From Sminthopsis crassicaudata (lineage: Eukaryota): a stretch of DNA of 64,000 nucleotides. The stretch spans positions 112,321,105-112,385,104 of the forward strand of contig NC_133618.1 in NCBI RefSeq assembly GCF_048593235.1. Direction: 5' to 3'. Positions within the stretch are counted from its first letter, which is position 1; every line of letters begins with the position of its first letter. Both the position numbers and the translations under genes were made by a program. Of the stretch, positions 63,901 to 64,000 are shown one piece after another. The notes below the pieces were generated by a model that did not search any database, had not been told where the DNA came from, and was given only the letters and a program-made list of their open reading frames with translations.

Positions 63901-64000
63901 AGGTTCTAATCTCTGTAAAGTGTACCTTGGTAGAACTTCAGGGAATGGAGTGCTAGACTGGGAATGACAAAGATCTGAGTTCAAATCCTCATGACATTTG

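Noticed and set aside
1-64000. Short ORFs (60-170 aa) in the ORF track as genes
   Set aside because: No recognisable domains except L1/L2 relics. Many are low-complexity translations of repeats or microsatellites, as expected by chance in AT-rich DNA.

Overview
AT-rich, CpG-depleted vertebrate genomic DNA from a draft assembly with two N gaps. The repeats point to an Australian marsupial, probably a dasyurid such as the Tasmanian devil: WSINE1-like and Mar1-like CORE-SINEs, RTE relics, abundant L2 and CR1/L3, and marsupial-type L1 3' UTRs. The species call is inference from recalled consensus sequences. The window is dominated by layered transposable elements, several with readable target-site duplications (TSDs), plus microsatellites. 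I could not identify any protein-coding gene. The only recognisable protein-like ORFs are dead L1 ORF2 fragments; the rest of the ORF track looks like chance ORFs. There is no CRISPR array, rRNA, tRNA gene or prokaryotic system. Best leads: (1) a solo betaretrovirus-like LTR with a perfect 6-bp TSD and a tRNA-Lys primer-binding site inside it; (2) a 19-nt candidate microexon with canonical splice signals and a possible terminal exon about 5 kb downstream; (3) a perfect 40-bp palindrome downstream of a TATA/Inr-like element; (4) unique-sequence islands with PBX-HOX/MEIS or CArG/E-box motif clusters; (5) multi-level nested retrotransposons. None can be called a new biological system from sequence alone. 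Repeat family names and the boundaries of old repeats are approximate (no RepeatMasker run).
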